From the NCBI GenBank assembly GCA_040437565.1, contig JBDOQK010000014.1, positions 434,001 to 498,000 on the forward strand: a stretch of DNA of 64,000 nt, in the 5' to 3' direction. This document shows positions 1-11,386 of this stretch, one piece after another (the first letter of the stretch is position 1; each line of letters begins with the position of its first letter). Both the position numbers and the translations under genes were made by a program. The notes under the pieces are model-generated. The model had not been told where the DNA came from. It saw nothing but the letters and a program-made list of their open reading frames with translations, and did not search any database. This stretch comes from Albugo candida. Taxonomy: Eukaryota.

Positions 1-180
1 TATAGCAATCTCGCTTTATTCCGCAGTGGCAGAGCCTACGCTTACCGACTAATTTTAGAAACGATTAGATTACAGGTTGCTTGGGCTCGTACCGCCACTA
101 GTAATAATGCATTGACACACAATTACTACGAGTCAGTAATGCGCAAGCTGGTCTAAAATATGCGTGTCTACTTTTTTGTT

Positions 181-804
181 TCACATACTAAGGAAATTGC
201 TCGTCATCTGAAGACCATTCTCGGTGAGAATACTTTCCGGATGGAATTGTAGACCTTCGATTTGATATTCTTTGTGCCTTACACCCATTATCATATCATT
301 TCCTTTCACTGTCGCGGTGACCTGCAATTGAGCTGGCAATGTGTCTGGCAATCCAACTAGCGAATGATATCGTGTGGCCAGTATTTCGTTCTTCAGACCG
401 GTGAAAAGACCTCTTCCATCATTCACGATCGTGGATTGTTTTCCATGCATAATTTCTCCTGCGTGTCCGACAACACCGCCAAATACTTCAAATATGCATT
501 GATGACCCAAACAAACACCAGCAATCGGTATTCTCCCTGCAAAAGTGCGTATGAGATCGCACGATATTCCCGCATCTTTCGGAAATCCCGGTCCAGGCGA
601 AATCATAATACGATCAGGGGACATCGCCTCGACTTGTTCAATCGTAATCTGATCATTTCGGACTACATGGACTTGAGCACCCAATTGCGACATATACTAC
701 AAGGAAGGGTCGCACAGTCTGACATCTCCGTATCGACAATGCACGCGTACCTGGTAGAGATTGTACACAAAAGAATCATAATTGTCGAGCAATAACACGA
801 CCAT
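181..804 (-). CDS. trpG: Anthranilate synthase component II / glutamine amidotransferase class I; exon1 751-804, intron 697-750, exon2 181-696
   Basis: Spliced N-terminus MVVLLLDNYDSFVYNLYQ|YMSQLG, ISPGPG, GVCLGHQ (catalytic Cys), RYHSL, QFHPES; 54-nt GT..AG intron. Confidence 0.95.
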
Positions 805-1131
805 TTTCTCGTCCAATTATTGTCATTCGTTTTTATCCAATCGCTCTTCTCGACCCTGACGCCTCTCATTCGTGTGTCATAAATGCCAAATGTCTGTATT
901 TTCCGTTCCGCTCTATACATCTGTAACAGCTCTCAAGCGAAAGACGCAACTTTGGAATCGAAAGCCGAAAGGAGTTAATGATTACGCTTAGTTTCTCATA
1001 CTCATAGGGTTGCGTCCTTGAGCGAAAGTCCATTTTTTGTCGCATTCGAATGTCTAATATAATATGTATAAGCTTTAGTTTGTGATCTTCTTGCCGAATT
1101 GCACATCACCAAATTCTGGGCCAGTACGATT

Positions 1132-3366
1132 ATGCATGTGTCTTCTTGCTACAATACAAATGCATTACATAAAACTGACCCCAGCAGTACATCCTATCGG
1201 ATGAGAGTCACAAACTCGTCAGATGTATCCGAAGTATCGAGACAAAACACAACACATAGCGATACCGATCAACAAATAAGCCACAATTCTTGCAAAATTG
1301 CTTATCCCAAACGCTACAAAACACAAGAAAAATGGTTTGAGCGAATTTCAGATGTGGCGCTTCCTACCACAAGAGAGCTGGGTGAGTGCATCCAATTACA
1401 ACACAATCAGCATTCTGAATTGGCACTGCTGGCAGTACGGCTGTATGAGGGTATCGTGTCAGGAGATCGACGCAAAAACATTTTCAAAATGTATCGCAAT
1501 TGCTTCACGGGCTGTGAAGCCATCGACTGGATGCTGAAAGCTCATCACGTCACTTCCCTTCACATTGCAATCCAACAAACACAAGCTCTTCTTCGCGAAC
1601 GATATGTATTGCCAGCTGATAAACACGGTAATCGCTTTGAATATAGCAAGAAGCGTTTCTATCGATTCACCGCTCGCACTCGAAAGTTTCGAGAGTCTAC
1701 ATTTGACGATACGTGCACTTCACCGCTAAAGGATCATCGACTTTCCAGCTTTCAGACAACGTTCAATCAAAGTAGGACCAAGTCTGACATTAATTTGCAT
1801 CAATCATCGATATCCGTGTCGTCTTCTTTCAGTGGAAAACGATGCTCACTTTCAATTCCGCATATAAGTGAGCCTGTCATTGAAAATAATACGAATTTTG
1901 GACCGCTCTCAACGCCAAAAAAAAACTCTTTTCACATCGAACCGATTAATTTTGCTGCACGACAACGTGCGGTGGCTGCATTAGTCGGTGCATTTGTAGC
2001 GGAAGCAGCATCGACTTCTCTGAATGGGGTTCCAAATCCAGTCAAGAAATTCCCCGATTTTCTATCCAGCAGCTCGGATCCCGCATTTTTCGACGCGAAA
2101 ATCGTAAATGAATTGTGTGATGACAAGAAACGACGTTTTCTATTGCTGTTTGACGAACAAAGTTATTTTGATGAAGCTCTAAACATTTCAAATGTCGTCA
2201 AAGAATCCTCAACGGGAATCGAATCTCGAATAGTTTTGCATTGTATCGCTCACATCGGCCATTTGGACGATATCCATCAACTACGAAATAACATTTACTG
2301 GCTATACAAGCAACATTATACGCTCCTCAGTCGAAATGCGCGTGATTTTGTCAAAAGTATGGAGAAGGGAAAAATATCGATTAGTGGCACATTACGTAAC
2401 AAATCGATTGATGTATTGGCCATTCTTCCACCTGTGGTCGCCTTATATGCAGGCACAGATCATCTTTTTGAGAAAGTGGAAAAGGTTGTCCGCATTTTCT
2501 CTCGTGGGAGTCGAGTTCTCGACATGGCGACTGTGGCAGCATATATCCTCGAGCAAATAATCCTGGGAGCATCGATTTTAGAAGCACTACGTCGATCGAT
2601 TCGCTGTAGTTCACTTACGCCTCGCCAACGCAAATTTATATACAAAGCATTCACAAAGGCTCAATTATCGAGCCACGAAGCCATTCAGAAATTTGGAAAT
2701 GAAGGCAGTCTTCCGCGTGGGCTCTATACAATATTACAGCCTCTGTTCGTTTCCACAAGTTATACAAATGCAGTCAGAGAAAACATTATTGGGGGAGGAA
2801 GGTCTTGTCGACGAGCAATGTTTCTCGGAGCTTGTTTTGCAGCACAAGATGGAATAAAGTCGATTCCTTCGATGTGGTTCGCTCAGACCCCACAGTTTGA
2901 GTCGATACAGATAGATATCCGAGCCATTGTGCAGCAAAGAAATTACTTCCATCTTCATTCAATAAGTGAAGGCGAGTTACAGACAAAACGGGAGAGAGTC
3001 GAACGCGTGCGAAGACGGAAAATCGGCAATGGTTTGGTTCGCTCGAGTGCTATTAGCTCTTCATGTCTGATCGAGTTGCAACAAATGCAGCGAAAGTGCG
3101 CCAGTGACATAAACGAATGCTCCAAAATATCTCAATATGCAAGGTCATCGTACGGGTCGGAGGTCTCCAGTGGGTCTACTCGATTATCGGCCGGGGTATT
3201 GGATTTAGGTGATCTTCATCAGTACTATCCGCCTTCATCTCGTCGATCGATGGGCTCCGTGTGTTCGGTTTCAGACCGACCAAGAATTCACGCAGCGAGC
3301 TTCTCACATTCATTTATGAAGCGTGCATCACCACCTCCACGACCTTCCCTTTCACGTGACCAGTAA
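1132..3366 (+). CDS. DEP-domain protein fused to ADP-ribosylglycohydrolase/J1-crystallin-like domain (start uncertain: 1132 or 1201)
   Basis: DEP motif RKNIFKMYRNCFTGCEAIDWM...FEYSKKRFYRF; ARH-like RQRAVAALVGAFVAEAAS and ENIIGGGRSCRRAMFLGACFAAQDGIKSIPSMW. Confidence 0.8.
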   Translation: MHVSSCYNTNALHKTDPSSTSYRMRVTNSSDVSEVSRQNTTHSDTDQQISHNSCKIAYPKRYKTQEKWFERISDVALPTTRELGECIQLQHNQHSELALLAVRLYEGIVSGDRRKNIFKMYRNCFTGCEAIDWMLKAHHVTSLHIAIQQTQALLRERYVLPADKHGNRFEYSKKRFYRFTARTRKFRESTFDDTCTSPLKDHRLSSFQTTFNQSRTKSDINLHQSSISVSSSFSGKRCSLSIPHISEPVIENNTNFGPLSTPKKNSFHIEPINFAARQRAVAALVGAFVAEAASTSLNGVPNPVKKFPDFLSSSSDPAFFDAKIVNELCDDKKRRFLLLFDEQSYFDEALNISNVVKESSTGIESRIVLHCIAHIGHLDDIHQLRNNIYWLYKQHYTLLSRNARDFVKSMEKGKISISGTLRNKSIDVLAILPPVVALYAGTDHLFEKVEKVVRIFSRGSRVLDMATVAAYILEQIILGASILEALRRSIRCSSLTPRQRKFIYKAFTKAQLSSHEAIQKFGNEGSLPRGLYTILQPLFVSTSYTNAVRENIIGGGRSCRRAMFLGACFAAQDGIKSIPSMWFAQTPQFESIQIDIRAIVQQRNYFHLHSISEGELQTKRERVERVRRRKIGNGLVRSSAISSSCLIELQQMQRKCASDINECSKISQYARSSYGSEVSSGSTRLSAGVLDLGDLHQYYPPSSRRSMGSVCSVSDRPRIHAASFSHSFMKRASPPPRPSLSRDQ

Positions 3367-3412
3367 CCAGGAAAACATAGAATTCCAGCCACATTTCAGT
3401 AACATATAAACT

Positions 3413-5935
3413 CTATGGGAGAGATCCATAGTTAATGCATTCGTGCTGAGATTGTGCCGCTCCTTTATTCGTCGCATTGATGGTCAAATCGCTTGGTCGG
3501 ACAGCAGTATTCCGATACTTTGAAGGAAAAATTGAGTATGAATGTCGTCGAGTCGATATGGTCGATTCATTCTGATTAAGTACCGCCTCGGCGACTTGAG
3601 TGATCGCGTTCTTCATGTATTTTGGAATGGGAGTGTCATTGTGAACGCTATCGGAGACATCAATTTTAAGCGATGTGCTATGTGCCGCCTTGATGACAAG
3701 ACCGCATCCGATGATCATAATGGAACCTCCGAGCAATGTCAAAAGACCTGGAACATCAGTCAAGCCCATTACAATACCAATGCTTGTGGCAACTATCGGC
3801 TGAAGGAGCATTGTTACCGAGATAACCAGAGGATCAAAGTACTTCATTGAAAGTATAAATCCCATTGTACCGGCAAAAGACCCAATTATGACGATATAAA
3901 ATTCGACCGATAGATGGTGCACCCAGCCGAATAGACCTTGTGTCGAGTCCCAAATAGAAATGCTTTGATACATTTCCGTCGTGTTCGCTAACAGCACTAA
4001 AATCGGAACCAACAAAAGCCATCCTCCAGTAACAAGCAGGAAGAGGAAAATGCCGATATCCATCGAGTCACGCGTTTTCGCGGCGGTCATCAGATACACT
4101 ACTGCTGCACAGGCTCCGGCTATGGCCGCCAAATCACCCGAAACACTCGCTTCTCTTCCAGGGTCTGTACCTTGTCCATGATCAAAGGTTGTTATGATGA
4201 TACCAGCAAAACCCAAAATTGCTCCAATGAATTCCAACAGCTTTGGGATTTGCTGAAAGAAAAGCAGTTTGCCAGCAACAATGAGCAAACAGTGGCAATT
4301 GCAGAATATGTAAACGTGCCCAATACTCGTCATGCTCAGTGAAATGAGAAATGCAGAATTTTGGACCAAATACGCGACCATACACGCCAAGAGGACTTTC
4401 CATACGTTTTGGTCGAACAAAAGACTCTGACGCTTCTCTCGAACGGTAGCAATAAAGAGAGGCAAAAATGCGATCGAAGCACCAACTAAGCGCCAAAACA
4501 GTCGAATCAGAGGAGGTACCCCTACCAAGAGTTGCAGTGCTGCACCCTGTGAGGACACTGAGAGGAGAGCTGTGGTCAAAATGACGTATCCGAGGAATGG
4601 AACTTGTTTGTTTACGATTAATTGGACACTGGTCAGATTGTGCGGTAAATTCGTTCGAGATCCGTGTAATTGGTCTGCTGAAACGTGAGCTTCGAATCGA
4701 ATTTCTTTGACATCTGATGGAAGAATCGATCGACGTCTTTTTGTCATCGATAACGCATCAGCTTCCTCCTGACTTGATTTTGCAATCGCACATATTTGTT
4801 CTGGGAAGACTACCACAAGATCTTTTTTCTGATGATTTCCATCGGTCCAGGGAAGGTTGTGAAATTTGTTATGAACCGCTACCAAGAAGGCTTGATTTCC
4901 ACCATGATCATTTCCGGTCCGAGTATCACTTATCCAGTGATCAATATCGGATTCTAATAGCGTTGTCACCTCAATTGGTTCATCAAAATACTTCTTTTCC
5001 ACCAAAATTGGAGTCGTCTGATGATGAGAGCTGAGCAATGGTATATTTTCTTGATTCATCTTTATCCTCTCAGTATTACTGGATTCATCGTATACAAAGT
5101 CGATTGGTAATGCGACAAAACGTTCCTTCCCGTCAAAAGCTTCATCTGTCAACGATTCACAGCTCCAATAGTAATGATGGTGGGGCGTGACGCTCTGAAA
5201 GGTGCCATCGAGCAGATTTTCAAGCGTCAAGTGGAAATTCGGGATCAGTTTTGGGTTGATACGTACTGCTCGTTCAATGCTTTCAATGAAAAATTGTCGG
5301 TCGATATGATAAATGTCATCTGACACGGATTGAATCAAATCGCTTCCCGAAAATGCACTCTCATTTTCATGGAAATCTCGAATTCGCTCGATCGTTCCAA
5401 AAGACAATGGTGACGTTTTTTTTATCAGCCAAAATGTATTGTTACTACGATTTTGCATACTATCATTCAAAAACTCTTTTGCGGCCATCAATTCCTCTAA
5501 ACCAAAAGAATTCAAAGAATTTGCGTCGACAGAATGCACGGCGGCCACTATCGTCGCACGATGACACTTATTTTTTATATACTCAGATCGATGCACAATC
5601 TGTCGAGTCTGACGACCAAGTTTGGTGTCTGGAAGACAGCAATATATCCGCGTCAATCCGAGACTGCAAAGCTGTACGATCAATTCCTCGAAACCATGTA
5701 GAGCTTCATTCTCTGATACATCGTCATTTACCTGCTCGACGATTCCAAACGCAATTATAAGTGCCTGATTGCTTTTATCTCGTCGGACCGTATTCGCGGG
5801 TAGCAATCCGTCAATCAGTTCTCGTTCTGTGATCCCAGCACGCTCACTTAATTCATGGAGATCGAGTCCATGCACTGTGTTTTTCGAAAATTCGCGCTCC
5901 ATCCGATTGTCCGACCGTTTTGGCATCATCATCAT
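3413..5935 (-). CDS. Drug/metabolite transporter (EamA-type, about 10 TM) with long soluble N-terminal region
   Basis: 840-aa ORF; about 10 hydrophobic helices from about aa 445 to 750, with GDLAAIAGA and PLVISVTMLLQPIVATSIG EamA-like motifs. Confidence 0.85.
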   Translation of the reverse strand: MMMMPKRSDNRMEREFSKNTVHGLDLHELSERAGITERELIDGLLPANTVRRDKSNQALIIAFGIVEQVNDDVSENEALHGFEELIVQLCSLGLTRIYCCLPDTKLGRQTRQIVHRSEYIKNKCHRATIVAAVHSVDANSLNSFGLEELMAAKEFLNDSMQNRSNNTFWLIKKTSPLSFGTIERIRDFHENESAFSGSDLIQSVSDDIYHIDRQFFIESIERAVRINPKLIPNFHLTLENLLDGTFQSVTPHHHYYWSCESLTDEAFDGKERFVALPIDFVYDESSNTERIKMNQENIPLLSSHHQTTPILVEKKYFDEPIEVTTLLESDIDHWISDTRTGNDHGGNQAFLVAVHNKFHNLPWTDGNHQKKDLVVVFPEQICAIAKSSQEEADALSMTKRRRSILPSDVKEIRFEAHVSADQLHGSRTNLPHNLTSVQLIVNKQVPFLGYVILTTALLSVSSQGAALQLLVGVPPLIRLFWRLVGASIAFLPLFIATVREKRQSLLFDQNVWKVLLACMVAYLVQNSAFLISLSMTSIGHVYIFCNCHCLLIVAGKLLFFQQIPKLLEFIGAILGFAGIIITTFDHGQGTDPGREASVSGDLAAIAGACAAVVYLMTAAKTRDSMDIGIFLFLLVTGGWLLLVPILVLLANTTEMYQSISIWDSTQGLFGWVHHLSVEFYIVIIGSFAGTMGFILSMKYFDPLVISVTMLLQPIVATSIGIVMGLTDVPGLLTLLGGSIMIIGCGLVIKAAHSTSLKIDVSDSVHNDTPIPKYMKNAITQVAEAVLNQNESTISTRRHSYSIFPSKYRNTAVRPSDLTINATNKGAAQSQHECINYGSLP

Positions 5936-6026
5936 CTTTAGAGATCCCCGTGTGACCTTTCAATCCTCGAGCCTCTGCTTATTTGTTTACAATACAAATT
6001 GGTTGGATCTCATCGATAACATAACA

Positions 6027-7895
6027 CTATCGAATTTGTAAAATCTCAAGAATTAGATCTCTCGAAAGATTCGCAAATCCTTGCGTCTTTGTGACTGTAT
6101 CAAAGTGGCGGACGATAAATGACACGCAAATGTGTCTCAGTCGATCACAATTCAGCTCGTCGGCTGCTTGTAAGAACGTCGCGGCATTATCCACATTGAT
6201 AGCTCTATGCACGAGTGCTTCACAGATTTTCTTAAGACGATCCAACGTGTACAGATCGGCGGCCGCGTACAATTCAATTGCGATGTGAGGATTTCCGGTC
6301 ACATTGTCAGCGTACATAAACTCCAATAATGCTAGAAACACAGGGAGTCGAAGTTGCTGGAGATGTATTGTTTCTTCGCGGGATTCCCGCATACCTGACG
6401 CAAACATTGCTCGAAAATGCTCACTTCGGGCTGAAAGGATGGCGCGATGAGCGTGGATAGCTTGACCTTCCACGATGAATACAACATCAGAGAATTCGTC
6501 ATTATTGATCAATTTTCTCATATCGGATTTGTATGATGAATGAAGCACCGATTTTTGTATATTTGCATCAGAATTCAACAGAGCCACAGTGTGTTCGTTG
6601 TAGGATGCAATTGAAATGACATGCTTTGAAGTCAGCATCTCAATCAGCTTTGGTACTGTCACCTTGTTGGTATCGTTATGACCTATAAGTCGAGCACAAT
6701 AAGCTGCCAATTCAATTTTGATGAGATGTATTACCTAGTTTGCCATGATCTCCATTTCCCCACGTTAAAACTTCTCCATTATCGGTCAATGCAACTGTGT
6801 GGCTCCAACCGCATGTCACTTGTACGACATATTTATCAGTCAGATTTTCAACACGAGTTGGAATGATTTGATTCACTTTATCCCCATGACCGAGTTGCCC
6901 GTGCTCTCCTCCCCCCCACGTGAATACATGCCCTGATTCAGTGACTGCAGCTGTATGAAACCCACCACAGGCTACTTGTTTCACTCTCTTCCCTAGTAGC
7001 GATTCTATACATTTTGCAACCGGCTGATTCTGTTCGGAATTGTGACCAAGACGACCGAATTTTCCTTCTCCAAATGTGTATACTTGACCGCTTTCTGACA
7101 CGAAATAAAATAAAGTAAGAATAGCAACCCAGCTAAATAGATGATACATGTACCGCTAAGCGCTGCAGTATGAAAGCCACAAGCGGAAATCTGCTTGATT
7201 TTTTTGTCGACCAGCTCTGAGACACAAGTAGGTGAATATTGATGGCCGTTCGTATCTCCGTGACCCGAGACCCCATTTTCCTTATCTCCCCACGTATAAA
7301 CGTCCTGGTTTTCCAGTAACACGACCGTGTGACGACTTCCACACGCAACCTGCCTCACATAAAGTCCTTTCATAGTCTCAACAAGGCTAGGAGTTGGGTG
7401 CCCATTTTCATTTCCATGGCCTAATTTTCCATACATGCCACCTCCCCACGTATACAAATCTCCTGTAACTAGAGTCAACGTCAAATGTCAGCCAATCTCA
7501 AATTTTAACGAGCCAAACTTGCATCAGACCAGTGACAGCTGCGGTGTGGTAGCTTCCGCAGGTAACTTGACAAACTTCTTTGTCCCCGAGATGCTCAACC
7601 AAACGAGGTACGAATTTCCATCCATTATCGCCATGTCCGAGACGACCGTCATCACCTCTTCCCCATGTATACACTTTTCCATCGTCGGTGAGAACTACAG
7701 TGTGACCGCTACCACATGATATTTGCACGATCTGGCGATCTTGGAGTGCTTCGACGAGAATTGGGTGATATTGATCGCTTGTATCGCCGAGTCCCAATTG
7801 TCCATCTTCTCCACGACCCCAGGTGTACACTACAAGCTCTTGTCAGCACGAAGTACGAGCAGAGCTGATAGAAAGAGCATGAGCTCACCGGTCAT
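6027..7895 (-). CDS. RCC1-repeat and BTB/POZ domain protein, multi-exon
   Basis: Repeated VYTWGxGxxGxLG(H/L)G and QVACGxxHT RCC1 units; C-terminal BTB (FSDVVFIVEGQAIHAHRAILSARSEHFRAMF); first coding exon ATGACCG 7889-7895, intron 7830-7888. Confidence 0.93.
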
Positions 7896-7979
7896 TTTTT
7901 CAGCTTGAGCTGAAAATACAAATGTAGACGATATACCTTGCTTGCGTGCTGTATACCGTGCAAAACAGTACAGAAAAGC

Positions 7980-9295
7980 ATGATCTGTTGGATCGATTAT
8001 GTTCGATTCGCGTCGATTTTGTGCAGAAATAAAAAGTTTGAAGATGCAAAAAAGTGTCTAAAAAATGTCGAAGATGCCTTACAGGACGATACGCAATCGA
8101 ATGAGCTACGGTTCGAAATCGCAAATCTATACGCGATGATGAAATGTCACGATAAAGCGATACAGCTGTACCATCAAGCGCTTGATACTTGTCCTGAATC
8201 AGTCCAAGTTCTTGTGAATATTGCTGGTATTATGAGCCTTTTCTGTATGATTTGACGCTAACTGACGACAGTAACATCATCCAAGCGCAGCAAATGATCA
8301 TCGGCCAGCTGGAAGGAGCTCTTGAGCATTGTGAACGAGCTCTTGTCAGCAAATTTAGCTGTAGAGAAGCACATTACAATTTGAATGCTGTCTTGAGAAG
8401 GCTTGGAAGACAAAAAGAGGCTATCGAAAGATGCTGGGAATACATTGAGAAAGAAGTGGGGCTCGTCATCCGACCACAATTCACTGCTAGAAATGAGGTC
8501 AAATGCGTTCCAAAGAGTGTCTCGATATTATGTGTGAAATGGGGAACGAAATATGGACCCGAGTACGTCAACAGATTGTATAAAGCTGTGGATCGGTTCA
8601 CGAGTACTTGCAAATTTGAATTTTATTGTTTGACGGATAATTCTGATGGTATCGACGAAAGAATTGTGATTTTACCATTGCTAATAGAACTCACGGGATG
8701 GTGGGATAAAGCTCAAGTATTTGATCGTCGCTTTTCTGCACAACTGAAATCAGGTTTGTGGAGATTCCAACTTTGGAACTGATGGCTCACTGTCAATTGT
8801 GGAATGCAGAGCACTGCGTTTACTTGGACCTTGACACTGTTGTTATTGCCAATATCGATCATATCTTGCAGTATCCAACGTCTTCTTTAGGCGTATTGAA
8901 AACGGATTCTATGAGGAACGAGGCGCGTATGGGTGGTTACAATAGCAGTATTATGATATGGAATACGAGCTCGTCGGATCTCGATCGAATATGCACCGTT
9001 TTGTTACAGTATTTTGAGACTATTTCTCGATACATATACAAATTCGACCACTGGCTGGAGGTACGATTGTGATAGACGTGCGATCACATTGTTAATTGCG
9101 CTTGTGTGGTTGCAGATGATGATCATACAAGCCGACATTTTGCAGGACGCACTTCCCGACAGCATTGTCGAGTACAACAGCTTGGATACGTCAAGTCCAG
9201 ATCTTCCTTCAAACGCCAGTTTGGTATGCTTTCCGCTGCATCCAAAACCGCACGATGCAACCGCACCCTGGGTCAAAACGTTTTGGCGCGACTAA
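7980..9295 (+). CDS. TPR-repeat protein fused to GT-A-type glycosyltransferase domain, about 4 exons
   Basis: TPR-like helices (IANLYAMMKCHDKAIQLYHQAL; EAHYNLNAVLRRLGRQKEAI), then CVKWGTKYGPEYVNRL, FYCLTD, GWWDK, YLDLD (DxD), NSSIM, FPxHPKPH; GT..AG introns near 8228, 8754 and 9061. Confidence 0.8.
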
Positions 9296-9444
9296 TGTGC
9301 TTTATATGCTCTAAGCGATCAGCTTTCGCAATCTGTAAATTCCCCATACAATTAACGGCATGACCTCCTCCTTTCGACTTTGTATCAACCTGTAAGCAAT
9401 AAGAATGTCCTCATTCTCCAAGCAAATTGAACGATCACGTATGG

Positions 9445-9825
9445 ATGAGACAATCAAGCCTAAACCCGGAGAGTCATATCCCCTTGGTGACTCTTTTCAA
9501 GCGTCGGTGGACAGGTGCCGCATTCCACATGAATACACCCGAATATCGGAAAATCTCGTCACGCCCGCATGTGAAATGCATCGATATGACGGGAGAAGTT
9601 TGCACGGAAACAATGGAAATCATTACAATGGCTTGCGATAAACACGTTCCGACGAAAAACTACGAGGCAGCCGCTCAATTGATCAAACAAAGTATGGATA
9701 AAAAATTTGGATCCGCGTGGCATTGTTTTGTCGGCGAAGGTTTTGTATTTGATATAAACTATCAGCGGTGTCATATGTTATATCTTTATGTCGGAGAAAT
9801 AGGAATTCTTTTGTACAAATGTTGA
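9445..9825 (+). CDS. DNAL4: Dynein light chain type 1 family, axonemal DNAL4-like (start uncertain)
   Basis: ETMEIITMACDK...AAQLIKQSMDKKFGSAWHCFVGEGF...LYLY...LYKC closely follows the DNAL4 pattern. Confidence 0.85.
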   Translation: MRQSSLNPESHIPLVTLFKRRWTGAAFHMNTPEYRKISSRPHVKCIDMTGEVCTETMEIITMACDKHVPTKNYEAAAQLIKQSMDKKFGSAWHCFVGEGFVFDINYQRCHMLYLYVGEIGILLYKC

Positions 9826-9865
9826 AGTACTAAATGTAAGGCCGAAAGACGCAAAATCCAAATCT

Positions 9866-11386
9866 TTAGATTCCACTGAAAGGGGCTTTGTGATCGCGAA
9901 AACTTTTGACTTCTGACAGCCGCATGAATCGATGATATATAATAGGATGAAGCTGCGTCAATTGACTTGGATTTTCGGCAAAGCAAATACACAATGTGTC
10001 CACTACCGCTCCAATGATTCGCATTATGATCGATAGAGTCGAATAGCTCAGAACAAAGCTCAAAAGTGTCAGAAAAAATTCGTGTTTTGAGTCTTGAAAT
10101 GCGAATGAACACAATGTGCTCATGAGCGCGGCCCATCCTTTAGTGTTGAGAGACAAAAACTTGCTCGTCAAATCATCCGCGATAATTCCTTCGACGCCTT
10201 GACTATCGATGAGATTCCATGCATCCTGAGCAGCCAGGTTGTAAGCTTTTCCGTGAGCTGCAATGTGAGCAAATGCGTAAGGGTGGTACGTGTGTACAAA
10301 GTTCTTCAGTTTTGCTGATTGGGAGGCAGCGAAACGCTTCACACAACTGATTCTACTGCATTGCAAGCACTCCAAGTAAGCTCGTACAACTTCGGCAATC
10401 GGACAGAGCAAGGAGCCAATGCAGATTGATCCGAAACTTGTAGTGACTGAGCAGCGGAAATAATGTAAAACTAGCTTATAATTAGCAGTTGCGAGCCGAT
10501 GCCATTGAATAGGCTCACTATCTGCATCGACTTCGTGATCTGAGATGTTCTCTCTGGCGATACGAGTCGAATCGTTTTCGAAATACCAGACAATCGTAGC
10601 TCCAGCCACAACGACCGTGAGAACATACTTGAAAACGTTTGAGATCCAATAAAATTGAAAGTATAATAGTAACATACTAAACTGCCAAGGCGAGTCATTT
10701 TCATTAAGTGCAGCAACAGTTGTACCAATCCAACACGTCCAAATTGTGTACACAATAAGTATTCCGATTGTGAGAAGCGCCAAAGAGGAGAATTTAATGA
10801 AAAAATCAATAATGAGGTCAAATAAAACTGCAGTAAACTCCATCCGATTCCGTGATTTGACTGTCCACATAACATCAGCGAGTAAACCCACTGAAAATAG
10901 AATCCCTAAGAGTATTGCGCTAATAGTACTCAAAAAGAACAATCGGATACCGTACATCAGTAAGCACGTTAAGGAAAATGCACTGAAAGCTTTCAAAAAG
11001 TGATTTCTCGGAACAAAAACGAAAAGTGATACCCATACGATACTGAACATTGTCGTCACAGCTGAGACACAGTGCAGTTTTGTTGCAATATCTCTCTTCG
11101 ACGAGGTTTTATCACCTGCTTCGTCGTTATCACGAATGAATTCAGAAATGGCTATAGACAAAAGTATGTTGATGATAAATATGCCAGCGAAGAGAGGATC
11201 TCTAAAGTAGAAAGAATCGCTTGTCAGTGGTCTCTTAAAAGAGCTATCCACTTGATCACTGGATAAAGGGATAAGTCGAGACACCCCACTACTCTCTTCC
11301 TCCACGGTTGGTGATAGCGTTAATTCCTCCATAACTTCATCCACGTGTTCGGCTCGACCATCGAGAGTCCTTTCATTTTGTGTCAT
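9866..11386 (-). CDS. Choline transporter-like (CTL/Pns1) membrane protein; 5' region duplicated across the gap
   Basis: FRDPLFAGIF, VVVAGATIVWYF, TTSFGSICIGSLL, YAFAHIAAHGKAY, VDTLCICFAENP motifs; multiple TM segments. Confidence 0.9.
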   Translation of the reverse strand: MTQNERTLDGRAEHVDEVMEELTLSPTVEEESSGVSRLIPLSSDQVDSSFKRPLTSDSFYFRDPLFAGIFIINILLSIAISEFIRDNDEAGDKTSSKRDIATKLHCVSAVTTMFSIVWVSLFVFVPRNHFLKAFSAFSLTCLLMYGIRLFFLSTISAILLGILFSVGLLADVMWTVKSRNRMEFTAVLFDLIIDFFIKFSSLALLTIGILIVYTIWTCWIGTTVAALNENDSPWQFSMLLLYFQFYWISNVFKYVLTVVVAGATIVWYFENDSTRIARENISDHEVDADSEPIQWHRLATANYKLVLHYFRCSVTTSFGSICIGSLLCPIAEVVRAYLECLQCSRISCVKRFAASQSAKLKNFVHTYHPYAFAHIAAHGKAYNLAAQDAWNLIDSQGVEGIIADDLTSKFLSLNTKGWAALMSTLCSFAFQDSKHEFFLTLLSFVLSYSTLSIIMRIIGAVVDTLCICFAENPSQLTQLHPIIYHRFMRLSEVKSFRDHKAPFSGI

